Of a DNA stretch of 64,000 nucleotides, positions 39,461-51,364 are shown in pieces. The notes beneath the pieces were generated by a model that was not told the origin of the DNA, searched no databases, and saw only the letters and a program-made list of their open reading frames with translations. The position numbers and the translations under genes are program-made. The DNA lies in assembly GCA_963850305.1 (NCBI GenBank), contig CAWKKR010000001.1, positions 1 through 64,000 of the forward strand, in the 5' to 3' direction. This stretch comes from an uncultured delta proteobacterium. Lineage in GTDB: Bacteria; Myxococcota_A; Polyangia; Polyangiales; Polyangiaceae. Position 1 is the first letter of the stretch, and every line of letters begins with the position of its first letter.

Positions 39461-40279
39461 ATGATGTTGGACGTCTGTTCGGCCGCGTCGTTGCTCGCCG
39501 CATGCATGATTGTGCGGCTCGCCTACGCTGGTCGATCCACGCTGTACGGGCCACTCCGGGTCGAACGCCTGGAAACCACGAGTGCGTCGCCACTGCTCCG
39601 AAAGCCGACGATGGAAGCCGCGTACTGGGTCCTCGCTCCTTTCGCGAGGATGCTCGTCCGAAGTGGCGTGTCCGCGAACGGAGTCACGGCCGCTTCGCTG
39701 GCGTTCGGCTCGCTGGCGGGCCTGGCGCTGGCGTACGGGCATTTCGGGGTTGCAGGCGCGCTGGCCACGATCTCGGCACTCTCGGACGCTGTGGACGGTT
39801 TCGTCGCTCGCGAAACGCAGACGGCGTCCGAAGCCGGCGAGCTCTTCGACGCTACCGCCGATCGTTACAACGAGTTTTTCTTTCTCGCCGGGGCCTCCGT
39901 CCTCGTCCATGACAGCGTGCCGGGGTTGTTGCTGGTCCTGTTGACCGTGCACGGCTCCTTCATGGTCAGCTACGCAACGACGAAAGCCGAAGCCCTGCGA
40001 CTCGACGCGCCGCGCGGCTGGATGCGTCGACCCGAACGCGCCACATACCTGACGGCGGGCGCCGTCCTCTCCGCGCTCGCCCCTGTCGATTCGGGCATCC
40101 CCGGCATCCCCTGGCCGATGGTCCTGTCACTGCTCGTCGTGGGCGTCGGCTCGAACGTGTCCGCGGTTCGTCGCCTGATGCATGTCGCGCGGGCCTCAAC
40201 GGACCGGCAGCGTCGGGCCGTCGTCCCGGGAGACCATGGGCCTCGTGCGGTGGCCACGGCGATCAGGTCGAACGCATGA
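39461..40279 (+). CDS. CDP-alcohol phosphatidyltransferase
   Basis: Signature DAVDGFVAR...GELFDATADR; SANGVT; SFMVSYA..KAE; GWMRRPER (PI-phosphate synthase-like). Confidence 0.93.
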   Translation: MMLDVCSAASLLAACMIVRLAYAGRSTLYGPLRVERLETTSASPLLRKPTMEAAYWVLAPFARMLVRSGVSANGVTAASLAFGSLAGLALAYGHFGVAGALATISALSDAVDGFVARETQTASEAGELFDATADRYNEFFFLAGASVLVHDSVPGLLLVLLTVHGSFMVSYATTKAEALRLDAPRGWMRRPERATYLTAGAVLSALAPVDSGIPGIPWPMVLSLLVVGVGSNVSAVRRLMHVARASTDRQRRAVVPGDHGPRAVATAIRSNA

Positions 40280-41643
40280 CTCCTCGCCACCCCCGCAATC
40301 AGGAGGCCCACCTCCGCACCCAGGTACCAGGGCCGAACAGCCGCGCCTTGCGACAGCGAGAAGATGCACATATCGCTCCGGGACTCCAAAACTACGCCGT
40401 GCTCGCGGGCATCACGGCGGAGCGCGCCGAGGGCAGCGCCATCACCGACGTCGATGGGAATACCTTCCTCGATTTCGTCGGCGGCATCGGCGTCAACGCG
40501 CTGGGTCACTGTCATCCGTCGGTCGTCTCCGCGCTCGTCGAACAGGCGACGAAGATCAGCGTTGGTTCGCTCACGAGCGAACCACGCGTGCGTCTGCTCG
40601 AAACTCTGGCGCGCCATGCTCCTGGAGGGACGCTGCACCGGGCTCAACTCTATTCGAGCGGCGCCGAAGCCGTGGAGAGCGCCCTGAGGCTCGCCAAGTC
40701 GCACACTGGCAAGTTCGAGTTCGTGAGCTTCTGGGGCGGCTTTCACGGCAAGACGCAGGGAACGTTGTCGCTCATGGGCAACGCGGGCAAGGCAGGATTC
40801 GGCCCGGCCAGCCCGGGCTCGAACGTCGTTCCTTATGCCGACTGCTACCGCTGTCCCCTCGCCCTATCGTATCCGTCGTGCGGCCTCGGCTGTGCGGACC
40901 TAGTCCGGAAGCAGCTCAGGGCGTCCTCCAGCGGCGCGATCGCCGCCTTCGTGGTCGAGCCGATGCAAGGCACCGCCGGAAACGTGGTGCCGCCGAACGA
41001 GTTTTTGCCGGCAATTCACGAGATCGCGAGGGAACACGACGCGTTGCTGATCGTCGACGAAATGCTCACCGGGTTCGGACGGACCGGCGAATATTGGGGC
41101 AGCGATCACAGCGGCGTCGCGCCCGACATCGTCACGATCGGGAAAGCCTTTGGCGGCGGATTTCCGATCTCCGCGGTCCTCACCGGCGACTCCATCGCGA
41201 GCGCCAAACCCTGGTCGTTACCCTCGGGTTCGTCTTCGAGCTACGGCGGAAACGCCCTCGGCGCAGCCGCTGGCGCCGCCGCGCTGCGAACAATCGATGA
41301 AGAAGGGCTCGTCGAAAACTCACGACACGTCGGCGCACGGATGCTCGCCGAGCTCGAGCCGTTCGCGGAACGCTACTCGTTCGTCGGGAAGGTCTGCGGG
41401 CGTGGCCTTTTTCTGTCCCTCGAACTCGTCCGGGACAAGAAGACGAAAGAACCCCTGGATCGGCGGAGCACCGAGAGGATCTTCCACGAGTGCCTCCGCC
41501 GGGGCCTGCTGACGATGTCCTACTCGCCGCATTTCCGGATGCAGCCGGCGCTCACCATCGACGTCGACACCGCGCTGAACGGCATAGCAATTTTGCGCGA
41601 GGTCTTCGATCGCTTCGACGAGCAGCGCTCCACGGGCGCATGA
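40276..41643 (+). CDS. Class III PLP aminotransferase
   Basis: DVDGNTFLDF, SGAEAVE, FHGKT, VDEMLTGFGRTG, PDIVTIGKAFGGG; ATGA overlaps at both ends. Confidence 0.95.
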   Translation: MTPRHPRNQEAHLRTQVPGPNSRALRQREDAHIAPGLQNYAVLAGITAERAEGSAITDVDGNTFLDFVGGIGVNALGHCHPSVVSALVEQATKISVGSLTSEPRVRLLETLARHAPGGTLHRAQLYSSGAEAVESALRLAKSHTGKFEFVSFWGGFHGKTQGTLSLMGNAGKAGFGPASPGSNVVPYADCYRCPLALSYPSCGLGCADLVRKQLRASSSGAIAAFVVEPMQGTAGNVVPPNEFLPAIHEIAREHDALLIVDEMLTGFGRTGEYWGSDHSGVAPDIVTIGKAFGGGFPISAVLTGDSIASAKPWSLPSGSSSSYGGNALGAAAGAAALRTIDEEGLVENSRHVGARMLAELEPFAERYSFVGKVCGRGLFLSLELVRDKKTKEPLDRRSTERIFHECLRRGLLTMSYSPHFRMQPALTIDVDTALNGIAILREVFDRFDEQRSTGA

Positions 41644-42646
41644 CGTCGGCACCTGACTCGGTCGTGGCAGCGTGGCGACGGCTGCGGAGCCACGTGCGCA
41701 CGCTCTGGCCGCGAAGACCGCTCCTGCCGGCAGTCCCGTTCGTGGGCTGGACGATCGTTTCGCTCGTGCGGGGACCGGTACGCTGGGAAATACTGGTGCT
41801 CGGCCTCTTCGGTCTCATCACGCCGTACGTGGGGCCGCGCACGAAGAAACTCTACCTCGGACTGATGCCCGCGGCCCTCGTCGCCGTGCTCTACGACGCG
41901 ATGGGACTCGTGAAAGACGTCGGGCTCGACCCGGAGCGGATCCATCTCTGCGACCTTCGCGAGTTCGAGATCCGCTGGTTTGGCGTCACGGTCAACGGCT
42001 CCCTCACCACGGTGCACGACCTGCTCGAAGCGCACGCGACGCTCCCGCTGGACCTCTTCTTCTCGATCCCCTACGGCACATTCCTCTTCGCGATCGTTCT
42101 CTTCGCCGTCTTCGCTTACTTCGTGGACTACCGGGCGATGCGAAGGTTCACGTGGGGATTTCTTGCGCTCAACGTCGCGAGCTTCGTCACGTATCACATC
42201 TATCCTGCCGCACCTCCTTGGTACTACCACGCACATGGCTGTATCGCAGACCTCGCGACGAAGGCGAGCGAGGGACCGAACCTCGCGCGCGTGGACGCCT
42301 GGCTGGGTGTCTCGTACTTTCGAAGCTTCTACGGACGCTCGAGCGACGTCTTCGGCGCGGTGCCCTCCCTGCATGTCGCCTATCCGCTTCTCATCTTGCT
42401 CGAGGGGTGGCCGCTCTTCGCACGGCTCCGACACCTCAAGTGGCCACTCTGCGGGTTCAGCGCATTTTCTTGGTATGGATGTGCGCAGCCGCCATCTATC
42501 TCGATCACCATTGGGTGATAGACGTGATCGTCGGGCTGCTGTACGGCCTCATTGCCTTCGCTACGCTCCGCATGGCCATCCCGCTCCGCCGTCCCGTCGC
42601 GCTCGTCGCGGGAGACACCCCCGTCGTCGAACCCGTCTCGAAATGA
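41640..42646 (+). CDS. Aur1-like inositol-phosphorylceramide synthase (PAP2_3); frameshift at ~42468
   Basis: YPAAPPWY, FGAVPSLHVAY and, in the shifted frame, IYLDHHWVID; these match the Aur1 catalytic motifs. Confidence 0.88.
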
Positions 42647-42654
42647 GCGACGCC

Positions 42655-43911
42655 TCAGGGCTGGAGCGGAGCCGAGATCGTACCCACCAGCTTGTTGAGC
42701 TCCGATTCCTTCTCGGGCCCGAGCACGCTGCCTGCGCTGAAGACCGCGAAACCGACGTAGTCGAAGAGCATCTGCTTGAGGATGCGCTCCGGATCGTCGC
42801 CTCGCGACACGAGCGCCGCGTTCTCGGCCACGCGTAGCGCGTCGAGCGCTCCATCGAGTCCCGGCCCCGCACCGCGGAACAGAATATCGTACACACCGGC
42901 GCCCTGAGCGAAGGACACGAGGCTCGCCCGTAGATCGTCGCCGATCGAAAATTCGTTCGCGACGCGATGCACCAGCCGCAGAGCCTCGTTCGCCGTCGCG
43001 ACGACGGCCTCGAGCCCACCGCCGAGGTCCGGTGGATGAATCCCGACGTGTTTCGACTGAACGAGTGCATAGACGTCCTTGGTCGTCGCGAATTCGCCGC
43101 GGCCCGTGGCGCGCCCGATGCCCTCGACCGTGCGCACACCGTCCACCGCAGCGAGCGTGGCGGCGAACTCCTCGGACGGGACGTCCGCATTCGCGAGCCG
43201 ATGAGGGATGTGTTCGCCGGAGGGGATCTTCTCGCGGAAATAGCGCATCTCATCCATGCGCGTGACCGCGTCCATCAAGAGCGCGTTCGCGCTCACCGCG
43301 TGTCGTGCAACGAGCCGTGCCTCGTCGAATCCATCGAGAAAGAAGAACGTCCCATCGCCGACGGTCAACGTCGCGAAGACGACCTCGTAAATCTGCTTCC
43401 CCAGGTATTGAAATACCTGCTCCTGCGTCACCGTTCCGAGCTCGACGGCCGCGCCGCCGTAACGGGCGCCGGCGCGCACGCGCTCCATGATCCCCTCGTG
43501 TTGTTCCATCGTGATCACGCCGAACTTGTAGAGCACCATGCCGATGCGCTCGGCCTCGACGTTGGTCTGCGCGCCGACCACGTTCCCCTGGTCGAAATAC
43601 ACGGAACGCACGGTGGGTCCGTCGAGGACGGAGAGCTCGCCGCGCCAGCCGGTCTGGCCGAGCAACGCGAACACGTCGCACATGGCGCCGTGCGCCGTGA
43701 TTTCTCCCGCCAGGCGCACGATCGCGCCATCCTCTGCGTCGCGCCTCCCGTCCTCGCCCGTGAAGCGCATGAACACGACGTGGTCGGGCGCGGGCAAAAG
43801 TCGGAACGCCCCCGCGCGCCCGCGCAGCCGCTGACTGGCGACGCTACCGATCGGATGAGCTACTCCGCTGGGATCGATGCGCACCAGCTCGGACCGCGGG
43901 TCTTTGACCAC
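42655..43911 (-). CDS. DUF4388-like domain protein
   Basis: GELSV, SVYFDQGNVVGA, ERIGMVL, GTFFF, LLMDAVTRMDE. Confidence 0.7.
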   Translation of the reverse strand: MVKDPRSELVRIDPSGVAHPIGSVASQRLRGRAGAFRLLPAPDHVVFMRFTGEDGRRDAEDGAIVRLAGEITAHGAMCDVFALLGQTGWRGELSVLDGPTVRSVYFDQGNVVGAQTNVEAERIGMVLYKFGVITMEQHEGIMERVRAGARYGGAAVELGTVTQEQVFQYLGKQIYEVVFATLTVGDGTFFFLDGFDEARLVARHAVSANALLMDAVTRMDEMRYFREKIPSGEHIPHRLANADVPSEEFAATLAAVDGVRTVEGIGRATGRGEFATTKDVYALVQSKHVGIHPPDLGGGLEAVVATANEALRLVHRVANEFSIGDDLRASLVSFAQGAGVYDILFRGAGPGLDGALDALRVAENAALVSRGDDPERILKQMLFDYVGFAVFSAGSVLGPEKESELNKLVGTISAPLQP

Positions 43912-43965
43912 GCCCTTACGTTATCATCGAGGCCCTTGCCGCCAAAGCGGCGGGCGCTCCCGGCC

Positions 43966-46900
43966 TTACCGAAGCTCTGCGACGGAATCGCCAAAAAGGC
44001 GCTCTAGGCTGGCAAGCATGGCGTCGCTCGGGTCCACGCGCGCTCCCTCGATTGCGAGGACGGCACGCCCGCCCTCCGGCAGCGACAGAACCAGATCTGA
44101 CCGGACAGGCCCCGGGAGAGTCGAGGAGCAGCTGGCGGAGGTTGCGGAGCTGCTCGGTTCGCGTCCCGTCGGCATCCAGATGAATCAGGACTGCGCGCGT
44201 CGCTTTTCGAACAGCGTCGGAGAGTGGCACGACCTCGTCCACCAGCAATGTCGGTTCGGCTTCGTCGTCGGCCTCGTCCGTGATCGGAAAACTGACCTTG
44301 CCGGTCACGAGCACGGGATCGCCGCTCGAAAGGAGCGGCCCATACGCGTCGATCCTGTCTTGCCGGACCTTCGCCTTGACCCTCCCCGACATGTCCTCGA
44401 CCTCGAAGAACGCAACCTTCCCACCCGACCCGCCCTTGAAGAGCTTCTCCTGATAGTTTTCGATCATTCCGGCGACCGTCACGGCGCTCCACGCTTCCTG
44501 CTCCGTCACCTTGATCGCCGGGAGCGCACCGATGCGACCGAGCTTGTCGCCGTATCGAAGGAGCGGGTGCCCGGAGACGTAACAGCCTAGCGCCTGCCTT
44601 TCCTTTCCGAGGAGCGTCACCCGATCCCACTGTTCGACGTCGGGATAGTCATCGAGACCCGCGGCGGTTTCCTTCCCGTTCTTGTCCGCCTTGGGAGCGG
44701 CGGCGTCGAAGAGCCCGAAGAGCGTCGTCTGTCCACGCTCGCGATCCCGGCTCGCGCTGCGCGATCGCTCGAGCGCGCGGTCGACCGCCGCGTACGCGCG
44801 CGCGCGAGTGATCCCCATCGGACCGAGCATCGAGTCGAACGCACCGCACTGCACGAGCGCCTCGAGTACGCCCTTGTTCAGCCGCTTCGCGTCCACGCGA
44901 ACGGCGAAATCGAAGAGATCCAGGAACGGGCCCCCGGCCGTGCGCGCCTCGAACACGGTCTCGAGCGCCGCCTCGCCCGAGCCCGCGCACGGCGCCGAGC
45001 CCGAAGCGGATTTGCGGCCTGAAGCGATCTCGCAGGCGTCCTGGCCCGCGCGGGGGGCCCGTGCCGTCGGGCGCGCATAGACGACGGTGAAGTCGGTGTC
45101 GCTCGCGTTGACGTCGGGCGGCAGCACGCTGACGCCCCAGGTCGCGCGCCTCGGCGATCGTGCGCACGACCTTCTCGATCTTGTCCTTGTCCGCCGTGAG
45201 GAGCGCGGCGAAAAACTCCGCCGGGTAGTGCGCCTTCAGGTACGCGGTCTGGTACGTGATGAGCGCGTACGCCGCCGAGTGGCTCTTGTTGAAGCCGTAG
45301 CCCGCGAAGCACTCGAGCTCCCCGAAGATGGCGCGCGCTTGCTCCTCGGTCACGCCGTTGCCTTTCGCGCCGTGCACGAAGGCAGCCTTCTGCTTCGCCA
45401 TCTCCTCTGGCTTCTTCTTGCCCATCGCGCGGCGGAGGAGATCGGCGCCGCCGAGCGTGTAGCCGCGCGAGCTGCTGCGCGATCTGCATGACCTGCTCTT
45501 GGTAGACGATGACGCCGTAGGTCGGCGCGAGCACTCGTCGACGAGCGCGTGCAGCTTCCGGATCGGCTTTCGGCCGTGCTTGCCGCTCGACGAAGTCGTC
45601 GACCATGCCCGTGCCGAGCGGGCCCGGGCGGTAGAGCGCGACGGCGGCGACGATGTCCTCGAAGCAGTCGGGCTTCAGGCCGCGAAGAGCTGCTGCATGC
45701 CGCTCGACTCGAGCTGGAACACGCCCTTCGTCTCGCCGCTGGAAACGAGCGCGTACGTGTCCCTGTCGTCGAGCGGGAATCCGGTTCACGTCGAGCAGCC
45801 GACCCACGGCGGTCGGGCCGCGCGTTGACGAGGCGCTCGGCGATGTCGATGACCGTCAGCGTCTTCAGGCCGAGGAAGTCGAACTTGACGAGGCCCGCGG
45901 CCTCGACGTCGTCCTTGTAGTACTGCGTGACGATGGCGGCGCCGCTCGTGAAGCACGGCACGTGGGTGTCGAGCGGGCCTTCGCTGATGACGACGCCGGC
46001 GGCGTGCATGCCCGCGTGGCGCGTGAGGCCCTCGAGCTTCTTCGCCTGATCGAGGAGCTCGTTCACGCGCGGGTCGGTCTCTGCGAGCGTCTTCAGCTTG
46101 GGCTCGAGGTCGAGCGCCTCGTCGATCGTGTACATCTTGCCCTGGCCCTTCTCGGGACGAGGCTCGCGATCCGCTGCGCCTCGGGCGGCGCGATCCCCAT
46201 CGCGCGCGCCACGTCCTTGATGACGCTGCGCGCCTTCAGGTTCTGGAACGTCGCGATCTGCCCGACGCTCGTCTTGCCGTACTTCTCGCCGACGTAGACG
46301 ATGACCTCGTCCCGCCGCTCCATGCAGAAGTCGATGTCGAAGTCGGGCATGCTCACGCGCTCCGGGTTGAGGAAGCGCTCGAAGAGCAGGTTGTAGGGGA
46401 TGGGATCGAGGTCGGTGATGTCGCATCGCGTACGCGACGAGGGAGCCGGCGCCCGAGCCGCGGCCCGGACCGACGGGGATACGCCGGTCCTTCGCGTCGC
46501 GGATGAAGTCCCAGACGATGAGGAAGTACCCCGGGAACTTCATCCCGACGATGACGTCGAGCTCCGTTTCGAGCCGCTTGCGGTACGCTTCCTCGTCGAT
46601 CGAACGGCCCACTTCCCGGAACTCGGAGAACCGTCGCTCGAGTCCGTCCCGGGCGACGTGGCGGAAGTAGCCCTCCACGTCGTAACCCTCCGGCACGGGG
46701 AAGTGCGGGAGCATCGGGCTGCCGAGCGAGAGCTGAATCCCGAGCACATCTCCGCGACGCGGAGCGTGTTCCGGAGCGCGTCCGGCCGATCGCGGAAACG
46801 CCGCGCTCATCTCCGCCGGCGACTTCAGATACATCTCGAAGCGCCCGTGGTGGTACCGCTTCGCGTCTTCGTATCGGCGGTTCAGGCGAATGCACTCGAG

Positions 46901-47537
46901 GTAGAGCTGCGCCTCGCCGTCCTCCTGGTTCATGAACTGGACGTCGTTCGTCGCGACGACCGGCAGATCGAGCTTCTTCGCCGCACGCTCCAGGATCCCG
47001 TTGATCACGGGCTGCTCGGGCAAGCCATGGTCCTGGAGCTCGACGAACAGTGCCCCTGGGTCGAACCGCGCCGCCAGCTCCGCGAGCGTCTGCTCGGCGG
47101 CCTGCTCGCCGTGCTGGCAGACGGCCTGAGGCATGATGCCGCCGAGGCAGCCCGTGAGGGCGACGATACCCTTCGTGCGTGCAACGACGTCGTCCATCGT
47201 CACGGTCGGGACCGTCTGACCTGCGCCCTCGAACCCGAGGGAGACGAGCTTGATGAGATTCTGATAACCCTCGGCGGACGCTGCCAGCAGCACGAGGTGA
47301 TTCGGGTGCTCTCCCGCGGATTCGGGCGACATTGAGCTCGCAGCCTACGATCGGCTGGACCCCTGCCGCCTTGCACTCCTTCGAATGCTTCACGGCACCG
47401 AACATGTTCCCGAGATCCGTCAGCGCGACGGCCGTCATCCCTCGCTCACGGACCCGCTTCGGCAGCTCCGGCAGCTTCACGGTACTGACGAGGAACGAGT
47501 ATTGCGAATGAACGTGGAGGTGGACGAACTCCGACAC
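43966..47537 (-). CDS. dnaE: DNA polymerase III alpha subunit, broken by multiple frameshifts (probable sequencing errors)
   Basis: [75 protein letters not shown] and SGHPL spread across several frames. Confidence 0.97.
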
Positions 47538-47798
47538 GTCGGGTACCGGTTATCGCTTCCGAGCGCTGGGCGCCACCTCGACATCCGAGAACCCGCCCGG
47601 GTGGCGCTTGCGAGAGCCCGCGAAAGCCCGCGGGTGGGAACGGTGGGAAAAATAAGGAGCCAATTTTCGCCCTCCACGCCAATCCGCTCTAAACCCTTGC
47701 GCTCGCCCGTCGAGTTCGATACCGGTTCTCATCGGCGAGGGTCGGTTTTCTTCACGGGGCCGGCAGAGCCGACCCACTTACGGAGGACTTCGAGAAAA

Positions 47799-48482
47799 AT
47801 GATTCGCAAGACGGCTGTACTGGTTCTATCCACTGCCCTTTCGGCGTCCGTCGTCGTGGGCTGCCACCATCACGAGAAGCCGGCGAACACGCCAGCAACG
47901 CCGCCCCCGGCACCGCCCCCGCCCCCGCCCCCGGCGGCGACGACGCCACCGGCCGCGACCGCCGCACCGGCGCCGGCACCCGCCCCGGCTCCGGAACCTG
48001 CCGCAGCGCCGAAGCTACCGGTTCTCAAGGGTCCGCCGAAGACCACCCAGAAGGGTGGCGTCGTCACGCTGCCGGGCGCGATCGTGTTCGAGAGCGGCAA
48101 GGCAACGATCCAGATCGGTTCGGGCAGCGATGAGGTGCTCGCGGATCTGAGGCAATTCTTGGTCGACAACGCGAAGAAGATCGCGCTGCTCCGCATCGAG
48201 GGCCACACCGACAATACCGGCACCACCGAGGGGAACCTGGAACTGTCGGGCCAGCGCGCGCTCACCATCAAGAAGTGGTTGATCGACAACGGGATCGACG
48301 CCGGTCGTCTGGTCGCCGTCGGCTTTGGTCAGACCAAGCCCATCGCGGATAACAAGACGGAAGAAGGTCGCGCGAAGAACCGCCGGACCGAATTCCACGT
48401 TGCGGAGATCTTCGACAAGAAGGGCAAGCCTTCGAAGTATCTCGGCGGGAATATTCTGGGCGGCGGCAAAGAGTTCCAATAG
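47799..48482 (+). CDS. OmpA-family lipoprotein with a Pro-rich linker
   Basis: VVGC lipobox; RIEGHTD, LSGQRA, GFGQTKP, NRRTEF. Confidence 0.93.
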   Translation: MIRKTAVLVLSTALSASVVVGCHHHEKPANTPATPPPAPPPPPPPAATTPPAATAAPAPAPAPAPEPAAAPKLPVLKGPPKTTQKGGVVTLPGAIVFESGKATIQIGSGSDEVLADLRQFLVDNAKKIALLRIEGHTDNTGTTEGNLELSGQRALTIKKWLIDNGIDAGRLVAVGFGQTKPIADNKTEEGRAKNRRTEFHVAEIFDKKGKPSKYLGGNILGGGKEFQ

Positions 48483-48579
48483 AGCCGGCATTTCTCCGCA
48501 TTGACAGTACTTTTTCTGCTGTGCGGGCCCGTGTCGTCGTAGACATCGGCCCGTGCGAGTTTTGCGGAACAAGGGTTCC

Positions 48580-49110
48580 ATGATCCGATTCGCGCGGTCG
48601 CTCGTTGCGCTCTGCGCGATCGCCCTGTGCGGGGCGTGCAACCGTACTCCTGACGATCTCCGCGAGTGGCGTCCGTCGGATCACAGTACGGAGCCAGCTC
48701 CCGCTCAGGATGCACCGCAGGTGTCGGGTTCCGCGGAACCCACCGTGCCAGGCCTCGACGCCGTGACGATCGCGGCCTGGCAGCGCGCGTGCGTGACATG
48801 CCATGGCTCCCTCGGCAGGGGCGACGGTCCGCAGGGCCCCATGGTCCAGGCGCGCGACCTGTCGGACCCTGCCTGGCAGCGCGCCGCCTCCGACGCCGAG
48901 ATCGTCGATGCGATCACCAAGGGGCGCGGACGCATGCCGCCGTTTCAGCTTCCCGCGTCCACGGTCGCCGGGCTCTTGCATCTCGTGAGGTTGTTCAATC
49001 GCGAGCGCGTCGCGAGTCCCGCGAGCACCGAACCTGCCCGGTCGGACGCCGGTGTCGCACCCACCGAGCGAGGCGCGAAGAAGGCAAGCCGCGCCCGAAG
49101 GGCCCGCTAG
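48580..49110 (+). CDS. Monoheme cytochrome c lipoprotein
   Basis: CGAC lipobox; CVTCH; GRMPPF distal Met. Confidence 0.9.
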   Translation: MIRFARSLVALCAIALCGACNRTPDDLREWRPSDHSTEPAPAQDAPQVSGSAEPTVPGLDAVTIAAWQRACVTCHGSLGRGDGPQGPMVQARDLSDPAWQRAASDAEIVDAITKGRGRMPPFQLPASTVAGLLHLVRLFNRERVASPASTEPARSDAGVAPTERGAKKASRARRAR

Positions 49111-49240
49111 GCGGAAGAGAACGCCAGCTCTCCCTTCGCATTATCCGGCGAGGGGCTCCCCCGACGCGCCATTCATCGCAAAAGCAGGCTACTCTTTCCG
49201 GATATCCGTGAGCGAGCCCGTGCATACCAACGTCTCGACG

Positions 49241-50566
49241 ATGGCCGCCGACGGCGCGGCCTCCGTTCCCGCCGAGCTCGTTCTGGTCGTCGTCACGGGG
49301 AAAGCTCGCGGTCAGCACGCGAAGGTCGGCGCTCGGCTCAGCATCGGGAAATCCAGCGACAACGATCTCGTGCTCGCCGACGACACCGTTTCTCGACACC
49401 ACTGTGAGGTCGTCCGAACGCCGCGAGGACTCCTCGTGCGAGACCTCGGCTCGACGAACCAGACGCGGATCGGACGCTCGCGTGTCACGGAGGCAACGCT
49501 CGAACCCGGCGCCACCCTGACGATCGGCGACGTGGATCTCGTGCTGCGCGTCGGCGCCCTTCGCGCGAACCTGATGCCGAGCGACTCGAAGCGATTCGGA
49601 GAGGTCATCGCGACGAGCTTGCCGATGCGCTCCATCTTCGGCGTCCTCGAGCGCATCGCGCCGTCGGACGCGACGGTGCTCCTGGAGGGCGAAACGGGGA
49701 CCGGCAAGGACGTCCTTGCACGCGCCGTTCACGCGGAGAGCCCGCGCCGCGCCGAGCCGTTCGTCGTGGTGGACTGCGGCGCGATCAGTTACAGCCTCAT
49801 CGAGAGCGAGCTCTTCGGGCACGAGCGTGGCGCGTTCACGGGAGCCATCGCGTCGCGCGCAGGCGCGTTCGAAGCGGCGGGCCGCGGCACCCTCTTTCTC
49901 GACGAGGTCGGCGAATTGCCCCTGGACGTTCAGCCCAAGCTCCTCCGTGTGCTCGAGTCGGGGGATTTCCGCCGCGTGGGCGGCAATCGCCCACAGCGCA
50001 GCTTTGCCAGGATCGTCGCCGCGACCAAGCGAAACCTGCGTGAAGAAGTCGACCGCGGCAAGTTCCGGGAGGACCTGTATTTCCGCCTCGCCGTGGTGCC
50101 CGTCGTGGTGCCGCCGCTGCGAGTGCGGCGCGAAGACGTCGGGCTCCTCGTCGATCATTTCCTCGCCGTCGCCAAGAAGCGCGACGCGCGCATGGCGGAC
50201 GTCACCATTGGTCCCGATACGCGTAGCGCGCTCGAGGCCCACGACTGGCCCGGAAACGTGCGCGAGCTCAGGAATGTCCTCGATCGCGCGCTCTACGTCG
50301 CGGCGGCGAACGATGAACACGACCTCCGCCTCGTCGATCTGCCCCTCGCGGCAAGCGGCGTGAGGAATGTCTCGACGTTCGACCCCGCGAAGAGCTACCG
50401 CGAGCTCCGCACGACCTTCGAATCCGACTTCGAGCGGAACTACGTCGCGTGGCTCCTCGATCGCCACACGGGCAACATCAGCGCTGCCGCCCGCGAAGCC
50501 AAGATGGACCGGAAGTACCTTTACGATCTCGCGCGCAAGCACGGGCTCCGGGGGACGCGCGAGTAG
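49241..50566 (+). CDS. FHA-domain sigma54-dependent activator (Fis family)
   Basis: VSRHH, DLGSTN (FHA); [33 protein letters not shown]. Confidence 0.95.
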   Translation: MAADGAASVPAELVLVVVTGKARGQHAKVGARLSIGKSSDNDLVLADDTVSRHHCEVVRTPRGLLVRDLGSTNQTRIGRSRVTEATLEPGATLTIGDVDLVLRVGALRANLMPSDSKRFGEVIATSLPMRSIFGVLERIAPSDATVLLEGETGTGKDVLARAVHAESPRRAEPFVVVDCGAISYSLIESELFGHERGAFTGAIASRAGAFEAAGRGTLFLDEVGELPLDVQPKLLRVLESGDFRRVGGNRPQRSFARIVAATKRNLREEVDRGKFREDLYFRLAVVPVVVPPLRVRREDVGLLVDHFLAVAKKRDARMADVTIGPDTRSALEAHDWPGNVRELRNVLDRALYVAAANDEHDLRLVDLPLAASGVRNVSTFDPAKSYRELRTTFESDFERNYVAWLLDRHTGNISAAAREAKMDRKYLYDLARKHGLRGTRE

Positions 50567-50728
50567 ACGGTTCCTACGGCGAACCGGCGATCCTTGCCCG
50601 GCGCTTCTCCAGCGCCCAGACCAGTCCAATCCAACTCGCAATCTGATATCGACCGGTATCTACGCGGGATCGTCGGTTTCGACGCGAAGGTCGGTCGAAC
50701 CGCGGCGCGCTGGCGTGCGGCTTCGACG

Positions 50729-51358
50729 TCAGAGCTCACGTCCGAGCAGAACGCCGAGCTCCCGTAGCGCCGCTCGGGGCTCACCGACCTTGACCGTGGA
50801 CATGCCCAGGGCTTTCGCGGCCTTGAGGTTGCCACCGATGTCGTCGAGAAAGATGGCCTCGGACGGACGAAGGGCGAGCCTCTCGCAAACGAGCTCGTAG
50901 ATCGCAGGGTCGGGTTTTCGCATGCCGACCTTGCACGACTCGACGAAGACATGGAATTCGTCGCGAAGTGGGCGCATGAGCTCGTCGTGGTTTTCGTGCG
51001 TCACCCAGTTGTTGGTGAGCGCGGCGACCTTCAAGCCGGCCATCCGCAGGGCCCGGATCGCCTCGATCATCACGGGGCGAACGGAAGAGCGCTCCGCCAT
51101 TTCACGCATGAGCTGCGCCGTGTCGAGATTCTGGCCTGCGGCCCGCGCATCCGCGTCGAACATCCTGCAAAAGTCAGCGAGCGCAATCTCTCCGCGCTCC
51201 AGCCGATGCCAGGCGCCGTCCTCTCCGCCATAGCCACCCACGATGCGCGCGATGAAATGCTCCGGCAGTCCGTGGCTTCGCTCGTATTCGCCGATGAATG
51301 CGAGCGGCGAGTCGAACACCACACCGCCGAGATCGAAGATGACTGCCTGGAGGGCCAT
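50729..51358 (-). CDS. HAD-family phosphatase (epoxide-hydrolase N-terminal-like)
   Basis: FDLGGV, LTNNW, GMRKPDPAIY, FLDD. Confidence 0.92.
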   Translation of the reverse strand: MALQAVIFDLGGVVFDSPLAFIGEYERSHGLPEHFIARIVGGYGGEDGAWHRLERGEIALADFCRMFDADARAAGQNLDTAQLMREMAERSSVRPVMIEAIRALRMAGLKVAALTNNWVTHENHDELMRPLRDEFHVFVESCKVGMRKPDPAIYELVCERLALRPSEAIFLDDIGGNLKAAKALGMSTVKVGEPRAALRELGVLLGREL

Positions 51359-51364
51359 CGACGA

